Positions 50,846 through 62,602 of a stretch of 64,000 nucleotides of DNA are shown one piece after another (positions within the stretch are counted from its first letter, which is position 1; each line of letters opens with the position of its first letter). The stretch spans positions 384,001-448,000 of the forward strand of contig JBJBDL010000003.1 of NCBI GenBank assembly GCA_047285305.1. The letters run 5' to 3'. The DNA is from Synechococcus sp. (GTDB lineage Bacteria; Cyanobacteriota; Cyanobacteriia; PCC-6307; Cyanobiaceae). Both the position numbers and the translations under genes were made by a program. The notes under the pieces are model-generated. The model worked only from the letters and a program-made list of their open reading frames with translations. It did not search any database and had not been told where the DNA came from.

Positions 50846-51811
50846 ATGCAAGGGCATGTCACCGATCCACAAACTCGTTTAAGCGAGGCTCTGAAGCGCC
50901 GCGCCGCTAAGGAAGGGTTCAATCCCGTAGGCATTGCCAGAATCCCGGGAAGTCCACGGCTGCAGCTGCGCACCAAAGCCCTGCAGCGATGGTTAGACCA
51001 TGGTCATCAAGCTGACATGGCCTGGATGGCCGCCCCCCGTCGGCGAGACCCCAGGCTTCTGTTGGAAGGAGCCAACAGCGTGCTCGCCGTTGGCCTCAAC
51101 TATTACGTCGACGCTCAACCCTCCCCCGGCTCCCTCAAAGTCGCCCGCTATGGCTGGGGGCGGGACTATCACCGGGTTGTGGATCAACGGCTGCGACGGA
51201 TCGGTCGCTGGCTTTCGAAACAAAGGCCCAGCTGCGGTTGGCGCGCCTGTGTTGACGCCACACCGCTGCTGGACAAGGCCTGGGCTGAGGAAGCCGGCCT
51301 GGGCTGGATCGGTAAGCACAGCAATCTGATTCACCCCGAACGGGGCTCGTGGATGGTGATTGGCCATCTGCTGACAACGGAGCCCTTGGACGCCGACCCA
51401 CCAGCCCGCAGCCTCTGTGGACGCTGCAGCTCCTGCATCGATGCCTGCCCCACTCATGCGATCCGCGAACCTTTTGTGGTGGATGCAAGGCGGTGTCTGG
51501 CCTTTCACACGATCGAAAACCGTGAAGACGACTTACCAGAGAACATTCGCGCCGCCCTTGGACCGTGGGTGGCAGGGTGTGACATCTGCCAGGACGTCTG
51601 CCCCTGGAACCATCGAAATTTGCCCCAGAGCAGTGATCCCGAGGTGCAGCCACGCCCATGGCTGCTGAATCTGCATAGGGAACAGATCCAGAGCTGGGGT
51701 GACAGCGACTGGGACCAAAACCTGCGGGGATCGGCGTTGCGACGGATTAAACCCTGGATGTGGCGTCGCAACGCCGCTGCAGCACAACCGGATCCCACAC
51801 CTACGCTTTAG
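50846..51811 (+). CDS. queG: Epoxyqueuosine reductase
   Basis: ARYGWGRDYH, AGLGWIGKH, CGRCSSCIDACP, GCDICQDVCPWN. Confidence 0.96.
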   Translation: MQGHVTDPQTRLSEALKRRAAKEGFNPVGIARIPGSPRLQLRTKALQRWLDHGHQADMAWMAAPRRRDPRLLLEGANSVLAVGLNYYVDAQPSPGSLKVARYGWGRDYHRVVDQRLRRIGRWLSKQRPSCGWRACVDATPLLDKAWAEEAGLGWIGKHSNLIHPERGSWMVIGHLLTTEPLDADPPARSLCGRCSSCIDACPTHAIREPFVVDARRCLAFHTIENREDDLPENIRAALGPWVAGCDICQDVCPWNHRNLPQSSDPEVQPRPWLLNLHREQIQSWGDSDWDQNLRGSALRRIKPWMWRRNAAAAQPDPTPTL

Positions 51812-51830
51812 CGACTCCTCCCTCACTCCA

Positions 51831-52712
51831 GTGCTGCGTCGAATTGGCTTGCGTCGAACGCTGGCGGCTGCACTGGTCGTTCTTGGGGGTTCGTTTGGTG
51901 CCCCAGCAGCCAACGCCCTGATCCCCTACGTCTATCTACCCACCGAAGAGGACCTCGAGGGCTCATCGATCGGCATGGGTCGGACGGCTGCACAGCTGCT
52001 TCAGCTGGGGCAAGCCAAAGACGCAGCACGACTCGCGGCTCTGGCGGTGCGGCTTAACCCAAATGACGAACGGTTCTGGTCGATCCTGGCGGAGGCTCAA
52101 CTGCGCAATAACAACCTCAAGGACGCAAGCCGGTCTCTGGCCCGCGCCAAGCAACTGAATCCTGAAAAAGCCGGCCTGTGGTTCGCCGAAGCAGCAATCG
52201 CCCTGCGGGCAGAGCGACCGGACGATGCCGTTCCCTTGATTACCCGCGGACTCCAATTGGATCCGAACAACGCTTCGGCTTATTTCGACCTCGGCAACGC
52301 CAGGATCATGCAGGGAGAACTCCCTCTGGCCCTGAAGTCGTTCGAAAAAGCCACGGGCCTGAAGCCGGAGTTCTGGGAAGCCCTGAACAACCAGGCTCTG
52401 GTGCTTTTCGAGATGGGCCAGCGTCAGGAAGCGGTGCGTCGTTGGCGCCGGGTGTTGAAGCTGGAGACCAACGCAGAACCGATGCTGGCCCTGGCCGCAG
52501 CTCTGCATCAACAGGGTGAGCAGACCGAGGCGATCCAGCTGGCTTCCACAGCGTTGGCCAAGAACCCCAACTACGTCTTGCCCCTGCATCAAGCCGAACA
52601 GCTTTGGGGTGTGCGCATCCGTGAGGCGACGGCACAATTGCTGAGCGAGCCGCAGCTCACCAACAGCGTGGAACGAGCCCAAGCCAACGCAACGTGGAAG
52701 AAAAGCCAGTGA
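51831..52712 (+). CDS. Exported TPR protein
   Basis: Signal peptide (AANA) and multiple TPRs; GTG start chosen after the queG stop. Confidence 0.85.
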   Translation: MLRRIGLRRTLAAALVVLGGSFGAPAANALIPYVYLPTEEDLEGSSIGMGRTAAQLLQLGQAKDAARLAALAVRLNPNDERFWSILAEAQLRNNNLKDASRSLARAKQLNPEKAGLWFAEAAIALRAERPDDAVPLITRGLQLDPNNASAYFDLGNARIMQGELPLALKSFEKATGLKPEFWEALNNQALVLFEMGQRQEAVRRWRRVLKLETNAEPMLALAAALHQQGEQTEAIQLASTALAKNPNYVLPLHQAEQLWGVRIREATAQLLSEPQLTNSVERAQANATWKKSQ

Positions 52713-52757
52713 TCATCTGTAGGCTGAGCGCCTTCCGGTCGGAGAGCGACAGACCGA

Positions 52758-55226
52758 ATGGCTGAGGAGCGCGTTCAACCGATCGCCCTGCATCAGGAGA
52801 TGCAGCGCTCCTACCTCGAATACGCGATGAGCGTGATCGTGGGTCGGGCATTGCCCGATGCCCGCGATGGCCTCAAACCTGTCCAACGGCGGATTCTGTA
52901 CGCAATGCAGGAACTGGGGCTGACCCCAGACCGTCCGTATCGGAAATGCGCGAGGGTTGTTGGTGACGTCCTCGGCAAATACCACCCCCACGGTGATCAG
53001 GCCGTTTACGACGCCTTGGTGCGGCTTGTTCAGAGCTTCTCCAGCCGTCACCCACTGCTCGACGGCCATGGCAATTTCGGCTCGGTGGATGACGACCCAC
53101 CAGCGGCCATGAGGTACACCGAAACCCGCCTGGCGCCGATCTCTCACCAGGCGATGCTGGAGGAGATCGGTGAAGACACGGTTGATTTCGCACCGAACTT
53201 CGATGGGTCCCAACAGGAACCCACCGTTCTTCCGGCCCAGCTTCCCTTCCTGCTTCTGAATGGCTGCTCCGGCATCGCCGTTGGCATGGCCACCAGCATT
53301 CCCCCGCACAACCTGGGAGAGGTGGTGGATGGCCTGATTGCCCTGATCCGCAAACCGGAGCTGAGTGACGAAAAACTGCTGGAGCTGATCCCAGGGCCCG
53401 ACTTCCCCACAGGCGGTGAAGTGCTGATCAGCTCAGGCATGCGGGACACCTACCTGCATGGACGCGGCAGCATCCCGATGCGCGGCGTAGCCCACACCGA
53501 AGAGGTGCAACCGGGCAAGGGACGCCACAAACGAAATGCCGTGGTCGTCACCGAACTGCCGTACCAGCTCAGCAAAGCCGGCTGGATTGAAAAACTGGCG
53601 GAGTCGGTCAACGACGGAAAAATCGGCGGAATCGCCGACATCCGCGACGAAAGCGACCGCGAAGGCATGCGTGTGGTGGTGGAGCTGCGTCGCGATGCAG
53701 ATCCTGAGAAGGTGCTGAAGGATCTGCAACGGCGAACGGCACTGCAGAGCAACTTCGGAGCCATCCTTCTCGCCCTTGTGGATGGACAACCCCAGCAGCT
53801 GTCGCTGCGCCAACTGCTGCAGACCTTCCTCGATTTCAGGGAACTGACTCTGATCCGGCGCACCAGTCATGCCCTGCGCAAGACCGAAGAACGGCTTGAG
53901 GTGGTGGAAGGACTGATCACAGCCCTGAACAATCTTCAGGCCGTGATCGCCATGATTCAGGAAGCGAATGACGCCGCCTCAGCCCGCGCCAGCCTGATGG
54001 TGCGCCTCGACATCAGCGAACGGCAGGCGGATGCGGTGTTGGCCATGCCCCTGAGGCGCCTGACCGGACTCGAACAGGAAAGCCTGCGCCAGGAGCTGGA
54101 TGAGCTTCGAGCAGAACGCCAACGCCTGAAGTTGCTCCTGGACAACCGGGATCAGCTGCTGGACGCGATGGTGACAGAGCTCAAGGCCTTGAAAAAACGC
54201 TTCAGCACCCCGCGGCGAACCCGCCTGGTGGAGGGCGGTGATGCCCTGATGGCCGAACGGGCGGCCAGCCAACGGCCGAACACGGAACTGCTGCGTCAGC
54301 AGGCCCTGGCTGCACTGCCCGGAGATGGTCGGGTGCTGATCCAGGCCGATGGCCAAGTGAAAATCGTCACCCCCCAGGTGCTGGGACGACTGCACCTCAA
54401 TGATCCTTGCCCCATTGGTGATGCACCATCTCCGGCACGGGTGATCCTGCCGATCGAGCCACCACCACAACTGTTGGCGGTGAGTGCGGGGGGACGCATC
54501 GCCCAGGTGCGCTGGGAGTTTGCTGGACAACAACCCGGCCCAATTGACCGATTCCTGCCCACGGGCCTCGACGGAGACCCCATCGTTTCGCTGCTGTCGC
54601 TGCCCAGCAAAAACATCGACGACCTAAGTCTGGGCTTGCTCAGCAGCGATGGACGCTTTAAGCGGCTCCCACTCAGCGAAGTAGTGGACCTTTCCGGTCG
54701 GGCCACCAGCGTTCTCAAATTGAAAGAGGGTGTCGAGCTCAATAGTGCAGTGATCTGCCGCGATCAGGGAACACTGGTGCTGATCAGCGACATCGGTCGC
54801 CTGCTGCGACTGCGAGTCACTGAAGATTCACTTCCGTTGATGGGTCGATTGGCGCAGGGACCCATGACCATGCGATTGCTCCCAGGGGAACAGATTGTTG
54901 GAGCCGTCTGCACGGAACAGACACCACTGATGCTGATCACCAGGAAAGGAATGATCGGGCGAATCGACTCTTCAGGCCTGCGCTACAACCAACGGGGCGA
55001 TCTCGGCAGCATGGCGGTGCAGATTGATGCGGAATCTGATCGTCTGGTGGGCATCAGCACTGGACCCGGTCTTGTTGGTGTGCGCACCAGCAATGATCGT
55101 CACGGACGCTTGGATCCGGACAACATCAACATCTCAAAACCCGGAGACAAACCCACGGAGCAGGCGTCTCTTCGGAAGGGAGAGGCCATCGTTGAAGTGA
55201 TCAACGCCATTCAACCGAATCCCTAA
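52758..55226 (+). CDS. Type IIA topoisomerase subunit A (GyrA/ParC paralogue)
   Basis: [29 protein letters not shown] catalytic tyrosine, beta-pinwheel-like C-terminus. Confidence 0.93.
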   Translation: MAEERVQPIALHQEMQRSYLEYAMSVIVGRALPDARDGLKPVQRRILYAMQELGLTPDRPYRKCARVVGDVLGKYHPHGDQAVYDALVRLVQSFSSRHPLLDGHGNFGSVDDDPPAAMRYTETRLAPISHQAMLEEIGEDTVDFAPNFDGSQQEPTVLPAQLPFLLLNGCSGIAVGMATSIPPHNLGEVVDGLIALIRKPELSDEKLLELIPGPDFPTGGEVLISSGMRDTYLHGRGSIPMRGVAHTEEVQPGKGRHKRNAVVVTELPYQLSKAGWIEKLAESVNDGKIGGIADIRDESDREGMRVVVELRRDADPEKVLKDLQRRTALQSNFGAILLALVDGQPQQLSLRQLLQTFLDFRELTLIRRTSHALRKTEERLEVVEGLITALNNLQAVIAMIQEANDAASARASLMVRLDISERQADAVLAMPLRRLTGLEQESLRQELDELRAERQRLKLLLDNRDQLLDAMVTELKALKKRFSTPRRTRLVEGGDALMAERAASQRPNTELLRQQALAALPGDGRVLIQADGQVKIVTPQVLGRLHLNDPCPIGDAPSPARVILPIEPPPQLLAVSAGGRIAQVRWEFAGQQPGPIDRFLPTGLDGDPIVSLLSLPSKNIDDLSLGLLSSDGRFKRLPLSEVVDLSGRATSVLKLKEGVELNSAVICRDQGTLVLISDIGRLLRLRVTEDSLPLMGRLAQGPMTMRLLPGEQIVGAVCTEQTPLMLITRKGMIGRIDSSGLRYNQRGDLGSMAVQIDAESDRLVGISTGPGLVGVRTSNDRHGRLDPDNINISKPGDKPTEQASLRKGEAIVEVINAIQPNP

Positions 55227-55232
55227 CCCCAA

Positions 55233-56690
55233 TCAGGAGCGGCAATTCTGCTCCAACCACTGGAAATAATCTTCGTCGATTCCACCGGTCACATAGTGGC
55301 CATCAAAACAAGACATCTCGAGATCCTTAATCTCAGTATTCTCAACAATGCTCTCTAACAAGTTCTCAACGGTCTGATAAACAACATGATCAGCTCCAAG
55401 AACATCTGAGATCTGATCACTGGTTCGGCCGTGGGCAAGGAGCTCTGCCCGGGTTGGCATGTTGATCCCATAAACATTGGGATAGCGAACCGGTGGAGCT
55501 GCCGACGTGAACGTCACCTTGTTGGCACCAGCGCTGCGTGCCATCTGAACAATCTCACGCGATGTAGTTCCACGAACAATCGAATCGTCGACAATCAGAA
55601 CATTCTTCCCGGCGAATTCAGTTCCGAGAGCATTGAGCTTCTGCCGCACTGATTTCTTCCTTTCAGCTTGTCCAGGCATGATGAAGGTGCGGCCGACATA
55701 CCGGTTCTTGTAAAAACCTTCTCGATACTCAAGACCCAATTGCTTGGCCACCTGCATCGCCGAAGGTCTTGCGGAATCAGGAATCGGCATCACGACATCA
55801 ATATCACCAGCCGGCAATGTTTCAGCAATTGTTTGAGCCAGACGATCACCCATCCGTAAACGCGACTCGTATACCGATATGCCATTCATCACGGAATCCG
55901 GCCGCGCCAAATACACGTACTCAAAAGCACAGGGAATCAAGCGAGGAGACTCAGAACACTGACGCTGGTGCAAGTTCAAATCCGCGTCGATGAACACCGC
56001 CTCACCGGGGTCAACATCCCGCACGATCTCGTAACCACTGTTTTCAATCACAAGCGATTCACTGGCGACAATCCACTCCTCACGACCCTGGTCAGACAAC
56101 CGTCTGCCGAGAATCAGAGGACGAATTCCATAGGGATCCCGGAAGGCCAGCATTCCGTGGCCCGCAATCAAAGCGATAGCCGCGTAGGAGCCCTGAACGC
56201 GGCGATGGAGTGACGCCACCGCATCAAACAACTGATCCGGTGTCAGATCACGTCCTGTGAGTTGAGATTGAATCTCCGTGGCCAACACATTGACCAGCAT
56301 CTCCGTATCGCTGGTGGAATTGGTGTGACGACGATCAATCTTGAACAGATCTTGCTCAAGCTGAAGGGTGTTGGTGAGATTGCCGTTGTGAACGAAAGTG
56401 ATGCCATAGGGGGCATTCACATAGAACGGCTGAACTTCCTCTTCTGACGCAGCAGCACCACGGGTGGCATAACGAACGTGACCGATCCCGGCGTTGCCCA
56501 GCAGCTTTCGCATGTCTCTTGTGCGAAAGGCTTCACGTACACGTCCCCTTTGTTTGTGCACATGGAAGGTGTAATTGTCCATCGTGACAATCCCTGCCGA
56601 GTCCTGACCACGGTGCTGAAGCAGAAGCAGATTGTCGTAGATCTGTTGGTTGACTGAGTCAACACAGAACATTCCGATAATGCCGCACAT
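55233..56690 (-). CDS. purF: Amidophosphoribosyltransferase
   Basis: MCGI, QHRGQD, HNGN, CAFEYVYLARPDS, VDDSIVRGTT. Confidence 0.97.
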   Translation of the reverse strand: MCGIIGMFCVDSVNQQIYDNLLLLQHRGQDSAGIVTMDNYTFHVHKQRGRVREAFRTRDMRKLLGNAGIGHVRYATRGAAASEEEVQPFYVNAPYGITFVHNGNLTNTLQLEQDLFKIDRRHTNSTSDTEMLVNVLATEIQSQLTGRDLTPDQLFDAVASLHRRVQGSYAAIALIAGHGMLAFRDPYGIRPLILGRRLSDQGREEWIVASESLVIENSGYEIVRDVDPGEAVFIDADLNLHQRQCSESPRLIPCAFEYVYLARPDSVMNGISVYESRLRMGDRLAQTIAETLPAGDIDVVMPIPDSARPSAMQVAKQLGLEYREGFYKNRYVGRTFIMPGQAERKKSVRQKLNALGTEFAGKNVLIVDDSIVRGTTSREIVQMARSAGANKVTFTSAAPPVRYPNVYGINMPTRAELLAHGRTSDQISDVLGADHVVYQTVENLLESIVENTEIKDLEMSCFDGHYVTGGIDEDYFQWLEQNCRS

Positions 56691-56749
56691 GATGAATCCG
56701 AAATCAGAGATAAGGAAGAGAAACGACCGTCAGGCAAGGCCTGACTCAA

Positions 56750-59056
56750 TCACTCCGAATGCATCCGTCGGGGCAACGCATCACGGAAAACAGCAGCACA
56801 GCGTTGCACCTCAAGATCGAGCTGAACAGCCGATTCGGATCGGATCACCAATCGAGCCTCCGCGGTCACGCTGCCCAGCTGGGTGACACAGAGCGCTGGA
56901 TTGGATCCGCTCAACTGCTCCCATACAGGGAGGGATGCTGCATTCACCGACACAATCACCCGGCTGCCGCCTTCGGCGAACAGAACCCGTTCCAGGCGCG
57001 CTGAGCCTGTGGACAAGGTCACGCTGATGCCCAGACCAGAAGCGATGCAGGATTCGGCTAATGCCACGGCCATGCCGCCATCACTGCAATCGTGGGCGGA
57101 GGCCAACAAACCTTGAGCAATAGCCTCACGCACCAAATTCCCCACCGCTGCTTCGACGGCAAGATCGGGCTTGGGCGGTCGTCCGGCCAAGGAGCCAAGG
57201 GTCTGCTGCTGATAAGCACTCCCGGCCAAACCAAGGCTTGGATCGGCACCATCCTCCGGTGGAACCCCGATGAGGAAGATCGCATCGCCGGACTGCTGCC
57301 AGGCCAAGCCAGTCACACGGCTGATGTCATCTACACCACCAACCATGCCGATCACCGGCGTGGGGTGGATCGGTTGCATTGTGCCGTCGTCCTGTTTGGT
57401 CTCGTTGTAGAGCGAGACATTGCCGCCAGTGACGGGGGTGTTGAGGGCACGGCAGGCATCGGAGATCCCGCGGCAGGCCATGGCCAGCTGCCAGAAGCCC
57501 TTGGGTGTTTCCGGTGACGGAAAATTGAGGTTGTCGGTCACCGCCAGGGGCTCCGCCCCAACACAACTCAGGTTGCGTGCCGCTTCAGCAACGGCCGCCT
57601 GAGCGCCGCGTTCGGGATCCAGGGCAACCCAACGGTTGGGGCAGTCGACCGTGGCAGCAACACCACGATTGGATGCGGCCATGGATCCATCGCCTTGCTG
57701 AGGTCTCAGACGCACCACAGCAGCATCACCGGCTCCAGAAGAGACCACCGTGTTGGCCAGCACCTGCTGGTCGTACTGACGGTGAACCCACTGCTTGCTC
57801 GCAATGGTGGGGTCATCCAGAAGCTGAAGCAGGGCTGCCGCTGCATCGCTCAGCTCCGGAAGCTCCTGCTCGGTCCAACTCCAGAGCGCCTGAAGGTCTG
57901 CCGGGGGCTCCTGCAACAGGGCATGTTTTTCGATTGGGGTGTCATCGGCAAGAGCCGTGGCCGGCACCTCAGCGGCGACGGCACCGTGATGCAACACCCG
58001 CACAATCGGTTCCTGGAGAACCTTGCCAACAACCGCCGCCTGCAAGCCCCAGCGACGGAAGCGCTGCATCAAGACGTCCTCCCGGCCAGCCTTCACCACG
58101 AACAACATCCGTTCCTGGGATTCCGACAACAGGAACTCGTAAGCCGTCATTCCGGTTTCACGGGCTGGAACACGGTCCAGATCCAGTTCCACCCCCAGGC
58201 CCCCCTTGGCAGCCATTTCCGAACAGCTGCAGGTGAGACCAGCGGCGCCCATGTCCTGAGCAGCCACCACATCACCACTGGCGAAGGCCTCAAGGCAGGC
58301 TTCGATCAGCCCTTTCTCCAGAAACGGATCGCCCACTTGAACGGCGGGGCGATCGTCCAAGGAATCCGCACTGAGCTCAGCACTAGCAAAGCTGGCTCCA
58401 CCCATGCCGTCCCGACCGGTGGTGCTGCCCACGTACACCACAGGATTGCCGACGCCGATCGCACCGGATTTGACGATCTCCTCGGTCTCCATCAAGCCAA
58501 GGGCCATGGCATTCACCAGCGGATTGCCTGAATAGGAGGGATCAAAAGCCACCTCGCCACCCACAGTCGGCACCCCAACGCAGTTGCCGTAATGGGCAAT
58601 GCCGGCCACAACGCCTTCCATCAGGCCAACGTTGGCGGGATCCTCAAGAGGGCCGAAGCGCAGAGCGTTCAGCAGCGCAATCGGACGCGCCCCCATCGTG
58701 AAGATGTCACGCAGGATGCCCCCCACCCCTGTGGCCGCACCCTGAAAGGGTTCGACGGCGGAGGGGTGGTTGTGGCTTTCGATCTTGAAGGCCAACCGGT
58801 GGCCCTCACCGAGATCCACCACACCAGCGTTTTCGCCGGGTCCCACAAGGATGCGTGGTCCCTCCGTGGGGAAGCCACTCAGCAAAGGCCGGGAATTGCG
58901 ATAACAGCAGTGTTCGGACCACATCACCCCGAACATGCCCAGTTCGGCTCGATTCGGCTCGCGGCCGAGACGCCGACAGATCTCATCCCAGTCACTGGGC
59001 TTCAGACCTTCCTGCTTCAGGGCTGCAGCTATGTCGTACGCAGGGGAGGAAACCAC
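56750..59056 (-). CDS. purL: Phosphoribosylformylglycinamidine synthase subunit PurL
   Basis: [35 protein letters not shown]. Confidence 0.97.
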   Translation of the reverse strand: MVSSPAYDIAAALKQEGLKPSDWDEICRRLGREPNRAELGMFGVMWSEHCCYRNSRPLLSGFPTEGPRILVGPGENAGVVDLGEGHRLAFKIESHNHPSAVEPFQGAATGVGGILRDIFTMGARPIALLNALRFGPLEDPANVGLMEGVVAGIAHYGNCVGVPTVGGEVAFDPSYSGNPLVNAMALGLMETEEIVKSGAIGVGNPVVYVGSTTGRDGMGGASFASAELSADSLDDRPAVQVGDPFLEKGLIEACLEAFASGDVVAAQDMGAAGLTCSCSEMAAKGGLGVELDLDRVPARETGMTAYEFLLSESQERMLFVVKAGREDVLMQRFRRWGLQAAVVGKVLQEPIVRVLHHGAVAAEVPATALADDTPIEKHALLQEPPADLQALWSWTEQELPELSDAAAALLQLLDDPTIASKQWVHRQYDQQVLANTVVSSGAGDAAVVRLRPQQGDGSMAASNRGVAATVDCPNRWVALDPERGAQAAVAEAARNLSCVGAEPLAVTDNLNFPSPETPKGFWQLAMACRGISDACRALNTPVTGGNVSLYNETKQDDGTMQPIHPTPVIGMVGGVDDISRVTGLAWQQSGDAIFLIGVPPEDGADPSLGLAGSAYQQQTLGSLAGRPPKPDLAVEAAVGNLVREAIAQGLLASAHDCSDGGMAVALAESCIASGLGISVTLSTGSARLERVLFAEGGSRVIVSVNAASLPVWEQLSGSNPALCVTQLGSVTAEARLVIRSESAVQLDLEVQRCAAVFRDALPRRMHSE

Positions 59057-59096
59057 GAATCGCGGAGCACCTGCCCCCAGTGTTGCCGACCGCCCG

Positions 59097-59852
59097 TCAG
59101 ACCCAGGGATCTTCGTCCTCGCGGCGGCGGCGAGAGGGGAGCTCGTCCCAGCTTTCGTCGTCCCAGACCTCAGGTCCAGACACCTCTCCTGGTTCGTCCT
59201 CGTCGTCGGATGTGAAGCGCACGCTTTCCGATCGCAGCTCATCGATGGGCGAGTCATCCAACCAACCCTCCAGGCGATCGCTGGCCCGATCACCCATGGA
59301 ACGCAACTGGTCCCGCCAGTGTTGGGTGCGTTGAAGCAGATCTTGCCGAACGCTGGCGCGGGCCATGGGCAGATCGTCCAATCCCATCAGGCCGGTTTGG
59401 ATCTGACCCGGTTGTTGATCAAGGATGCGATCGGGAGCCAAACGCCATCGGGAACTCCCCGGCAAACGCGGGTCGCTGCGGGCGATCAGATAGTGAAGAA
59501 TCGCGCCATCGGCAGGTCGAAAATCAAGGTCCACAACGCTGCCGATCCGCTCACCGTCACGGTCCAGCAAGGCTGCATCCATCAGCGTGGGCAAGCGCTC
59601 CAGGGTCACCTGATCGGTGACCGCTGGCTCGCCACGCACAAACACCTGTTGATCGCTCAAACCACAACACTGGTTCAAACGCCAGACATCCCGTGACATG
59701 CGCAGGGCCGATGGACGGCTGACCCAGCCCAGAAGCCGATGCACCGGGGGATGCATCCAGGCCATTACCCCAGGCCCGTGATCCAGACCCAGATCACAAC
59801 GAACCGTATGACTCAGAAGATCACTGAGGAGCAGCTGATCCGGTAGCGACAC
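59097..59852 (-). CDS. PRC-barrel domain protein
   Basis: [18 protein letters not shown] pattern; acidic tail ending DPWV; follows dnaN. Confidence 0.75.
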   Translation of the reverse strand: MSLPDQLLLSDLLSHTVRCDLGLDHGPGVMAWMHPPVHRLLGWVSRPSALRMSRDVWRLNQCCGLSDQQVFVRGEPAVTDQVTLERLPTLMDAALLDRDGERIGSVVDLDFRPADGAILHYLIARSDPRLPGSSRWRLAPDRILDQQPGQIQTGLMGLDDLPMARASVRQDLLQRTQHWRDQLRSMGDRASDRLEGWLDDSPIDELRSESVRFTSDDEDEPGEVSGPEVWDDESWDELPSRRRREDEDPWV

Positions 59853-59853
59853 A

Positions 59854-61011
59854 TCAGGAACGAATCTGAACAGGCATCACCAGATAGGTGAAGGCTTCGG
59901 ACACTTCCTCGGAACGGAGCACAGCCGGCGTGGTGGGCGCGTTGCAATGCAGAACAATCCGATCAGAGCCCATAGCTTTCAGGCCATCCAGCAGGTAGCG
60001 AACATTGAAGGCAATCTGCATGGCGTCACCCTCCAAGTTGGAGGGAAGCGATTCAGAGCCACTGCCCACATCCTGTGCATCGGCACTGATCTGGACAACA
60101 CCGTCCCCGGGCTGACTGCTGAATTTCACAACGTTGTTGTGTTGATCAGCAAGCACAGCAATCCGCTCCAAAGCAGCGATCAGGGCGCGACGGTCCATTC
60201 CAAAGGTGCGGGTGAAACCATCGGGGATCAGCTGGCCGTAATTGGGATAGGTGCCTTCCAACGTGCGGCTGGTGACCATTTGGTCGGCTGCAAGAAACAC
60301 CACCTGGCCGCGATCACAGAACAAACTGACCGGTTCATCGGACCGCCAGGACGCCATCAGCCGCTCCACCTCCCGCAGTGAGCGCGATGGAAGTGTCACC
60401 GCAAAACCCTCGTCTTCCACGGCATCGGTCACGGCCGCATCCTGCAGGGCATCCTCGACATTGAGCACGGCAAGGCGGTGACCATCGGTGGCAGCCGCTT
60501 CCAAAGCCCGCTGGTTGAACTTGAGATGCACACCGGTGAGCAGTTGCTTCGCTTCATCAGCACTGCTGGCAAACAGGGTGCCTCTGAGCGCCTGCACCAA
60601 CCGTTCAGGTTGCAGCTTGAGCGTCATGCCGCTCTCCACCAACGGAAGATCGGGATAGTCGTCAGCACTCATGCCGCGCATCTGATAGCTGCCGCTGAGG
60701 CTGGTGAGCTGAACCTGCTCACCGGAATCGTTTACGGCAAGCGTGACCGGAGAATCGCTGGACAAGCGGGACACGATCTCTCCCAGCAGCCGGGCCGGCA
60801 GTGTGATGGCACCGCTGGTTTCCACACTGGCAGTGAGAGACGTCTGAATTCCCAGGCTCAGGTCAAAACCGGTAAGGCTGAGGCGGTTGCTGCCGGCATC
60901 GGCGGTCAGCAACACATTGGCCAAAACCGGGTGTGTGGGGCGTGTTGCGACTGCACGGCTAACCAATTGCAGAGCGCTATTCAGTTCGGACTGTGAACAG
61001 ACCACCTTCAT
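59854..61011 (-). CDS. dnaN: DNA polymerase III beta clamp
   Basis: HPVLANV, ATDGHRL, YPNY, IAFNVRYLLDGL, YLVMPV. Confidence 0.98.
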   Translation of the reverse strand: MKVVCSQSELNSALQLVSRAVATRPTHPVLANVLLTADAGSNRLSLTGFDLSLGIQTSLTASVETSGAITLPARLLGEIVSRLSSDSPVTLAVNDSGEQVQLTSLSGSYQMRGMSADDYPDLPLVESGMTLKLQPERLVQALRGTLFASSADEAKQLLTGVHLKFNQRALEAAATDGHRLAVLNVEDALQDAAVTDAVEDEGFAVTLPSRSLREVERLMASWRSDEPVSLFCDRGQVVFLAADQMVTSRTLEGTYPNYGQLIPDGFTRTFGMDRRALIAALERIAVLADQHNNVVKFSSQPGDGVVQISADAQDVGSGSESLPSNLEGDAMQIAFNVRYLLDGLKAMGSDRIVLHCNAPTTPAVLRSEEVSEAFTYLVMPVQIRS

Positions 61012-61395
61012 CGTCCTGAAGACCTGAGCGCGCTGAGGTGTCCCACGGTTTCACAGGCTGAGGGGAAGTGCAATGGCCAACGCTTCGGGAGCCTTTGTTC
61101 GGCTGTTTGGTTTTTATGGATTTAAAAAACAAACAAAAACAGCCGTCGTAGGGCCTGGGGAAAAGGGGGAAAGAAACTCAAAACCCAGCTCTCACAGCAA
61201 TTCTCGATGAGCCAGGGCTGAGGAGAATTTTTCACAGGATGGGGAGTCGGATCTTGTTTTCCACCTCTTCACAGCGGGTGGAAAACCCGCATGACAAACG
61301 GGTGGATTGTTCTCGGCTGTTTTCCACAGCGTGTTGGCATGGTTTTCGGGCGTCTTCCGCAGCCTCTTTGTTGGTTGGTTTTGTCTTACGGCCAC
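61012..61395. promoter_or_regulatory. Probable replication origin oriC
   Basis: DnaA boxes TTTTTCACA 61228-36 and TTTTCCACA 61320-28; near matches 61156-64, 61257-65, 61277-85; AT-rich tract 61104-61140; upstream of dnaN. Confidence 0.8.
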
Positions 61396-61417
61396 AAAAA
61401 AGCCCCCTGATGGGGGC
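61396..61417 (-). terminator. Intrinsic terminator of thrC
   Basis: GCCCCC-TGAT-GGGGGC with T6 on the minus strand. Confidence 0.75.
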
Positions 61418-61442
61418 AAAAGCGCGTTGATGCAAGGCGGTG

Positions 61443-62549
61443 TCAGAAGCCCATCACACTGGAGATGGTGCCCAGATCGGGATTGAGGTCGGTATGGAAG
61501 GCGGCGTCGTTGTTGCTAATGGCGCAGTCGGGATCCTTGAGGCCGTTGCCGGTCAGAACGCAGACCACCGTGGCGCCGGCTGGTACTTCATCTTTGCGCT
61601 TGAGCAGGCCTGCCACAGAGGCAGCGCTGGCTGGTTCACAGAAGATTCCCTCCTGGCCGCCTAGAAGCTTGTAGGCCGCGATGATCTCCGCATCGGTGAC
61701 ATCCAGGAACGCGCCATTGCTGGCTTCGCGTGCTGCCAGGGCTTTGGCTCGGTTGACCGGGTTGCCAATGCGGATGGCGGTGGCGATGGTTTCGGGTTCC
61801 GTCACCGTGGTGTTGTTCACCAGAGGTGCGGATCCGCTGGCCTGGAATCCCATCATTCGGGGCAGGCTGCGGCTCAGGCCGGCCTGTTGATATTCCTGAA
61901 AACCCATCCAATAGGCGGTGATGTTTCCGGCGTTGCCCATGGGAATGCACAGCCAGTCGGGTGCATCTCCGAGGGCATCCACGATTTCGAAGGCCGCCGT
62001 TTTCTGGCCCTGCAGCCTGTAGGGATTTACCGAGTTCACGAGGGTGACGGGATACTTCTCTGCCGCTTCGCGAACGATGTCGAGGGCACGGTCGAAGTTG
62101 CCGCGAATCGCCAAGACCTCAGCCCCGTACACCAGAGCCTGAGCCAGTTTTCCCTGGGCGACATAGCCGTCCGGGATCAAGACGAAGGCACGCATCCCAC
62201 CCCGCCTGGCATAGGCAGCAGCAGCAGCGCTGGTGTTGCCTGTGCTGGCACAAATCACCGCTTCACAACCGGCTTCCTTGGCTTTGCTGATGGCCATGGT
62301 CATGCCCCGGTCCTTGAAGGACCCTGTGGGGTTCAGGCCGTCGTATTTCACGAACACCTTCACGCCCTTGCCGATCTGTTCGGCAACCGATGGCACGGGG
62401 ATCAGAGGGGTGGCGCCTTCACGCAGGCTGATCACTGGTGTCGCATCGCTGACGGGCAGCCAGCTGCGATAGGCCTCAATCAGTCCAGGCCAGTCCTGCA
62501 ACACAGGAGTGGCAGTGAAACGCCGACGGAGGTTCTGAAACAGGGACAC
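61443..62549 (-). CDS. thrC: Threonine synthase
   Basis: [39 protein letters not shown]; start may lie downstream. Confidence 0.97.
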   Translation of the reverse strand: MSLFQNLRRRFTATPVLQDWPGLIEAYRSWLPVSDATPVISLREGATPLIPVPSVAEQIGKGVKVFVKYDGLNPTGSFKDRGMTMAISKAKEAGCEAVICASTGNTSAAAAAYARRGGMRAFVLIPDGYVAQGKLAQALVYGAEVLAIRGNFDRALDIVREAAEKYPVTLVNSVNPYRLQGQKTAAFEIVDALGDAPDWLCIPMGNAGNITAYWMGFQEYQQAGLSRSLPRMMGFQASGSAPLVNNTTVTEPETIATAIRIGNPVNRAKALAAREASNGAFLDVTDAEIIAAYKLLGGQEGIFCEPASAASVAGLLKRKDEVPAGATVVCVLTGNGLKDPDCAISNNDAAFHTDLNPDLGTISSVMGF

Positions 62550-62602
62550 CGGCTGGGATGGGGGGATTGCCGGAATCTAGGCGGCGTCCGCTCAGGGCTT
62601 GG

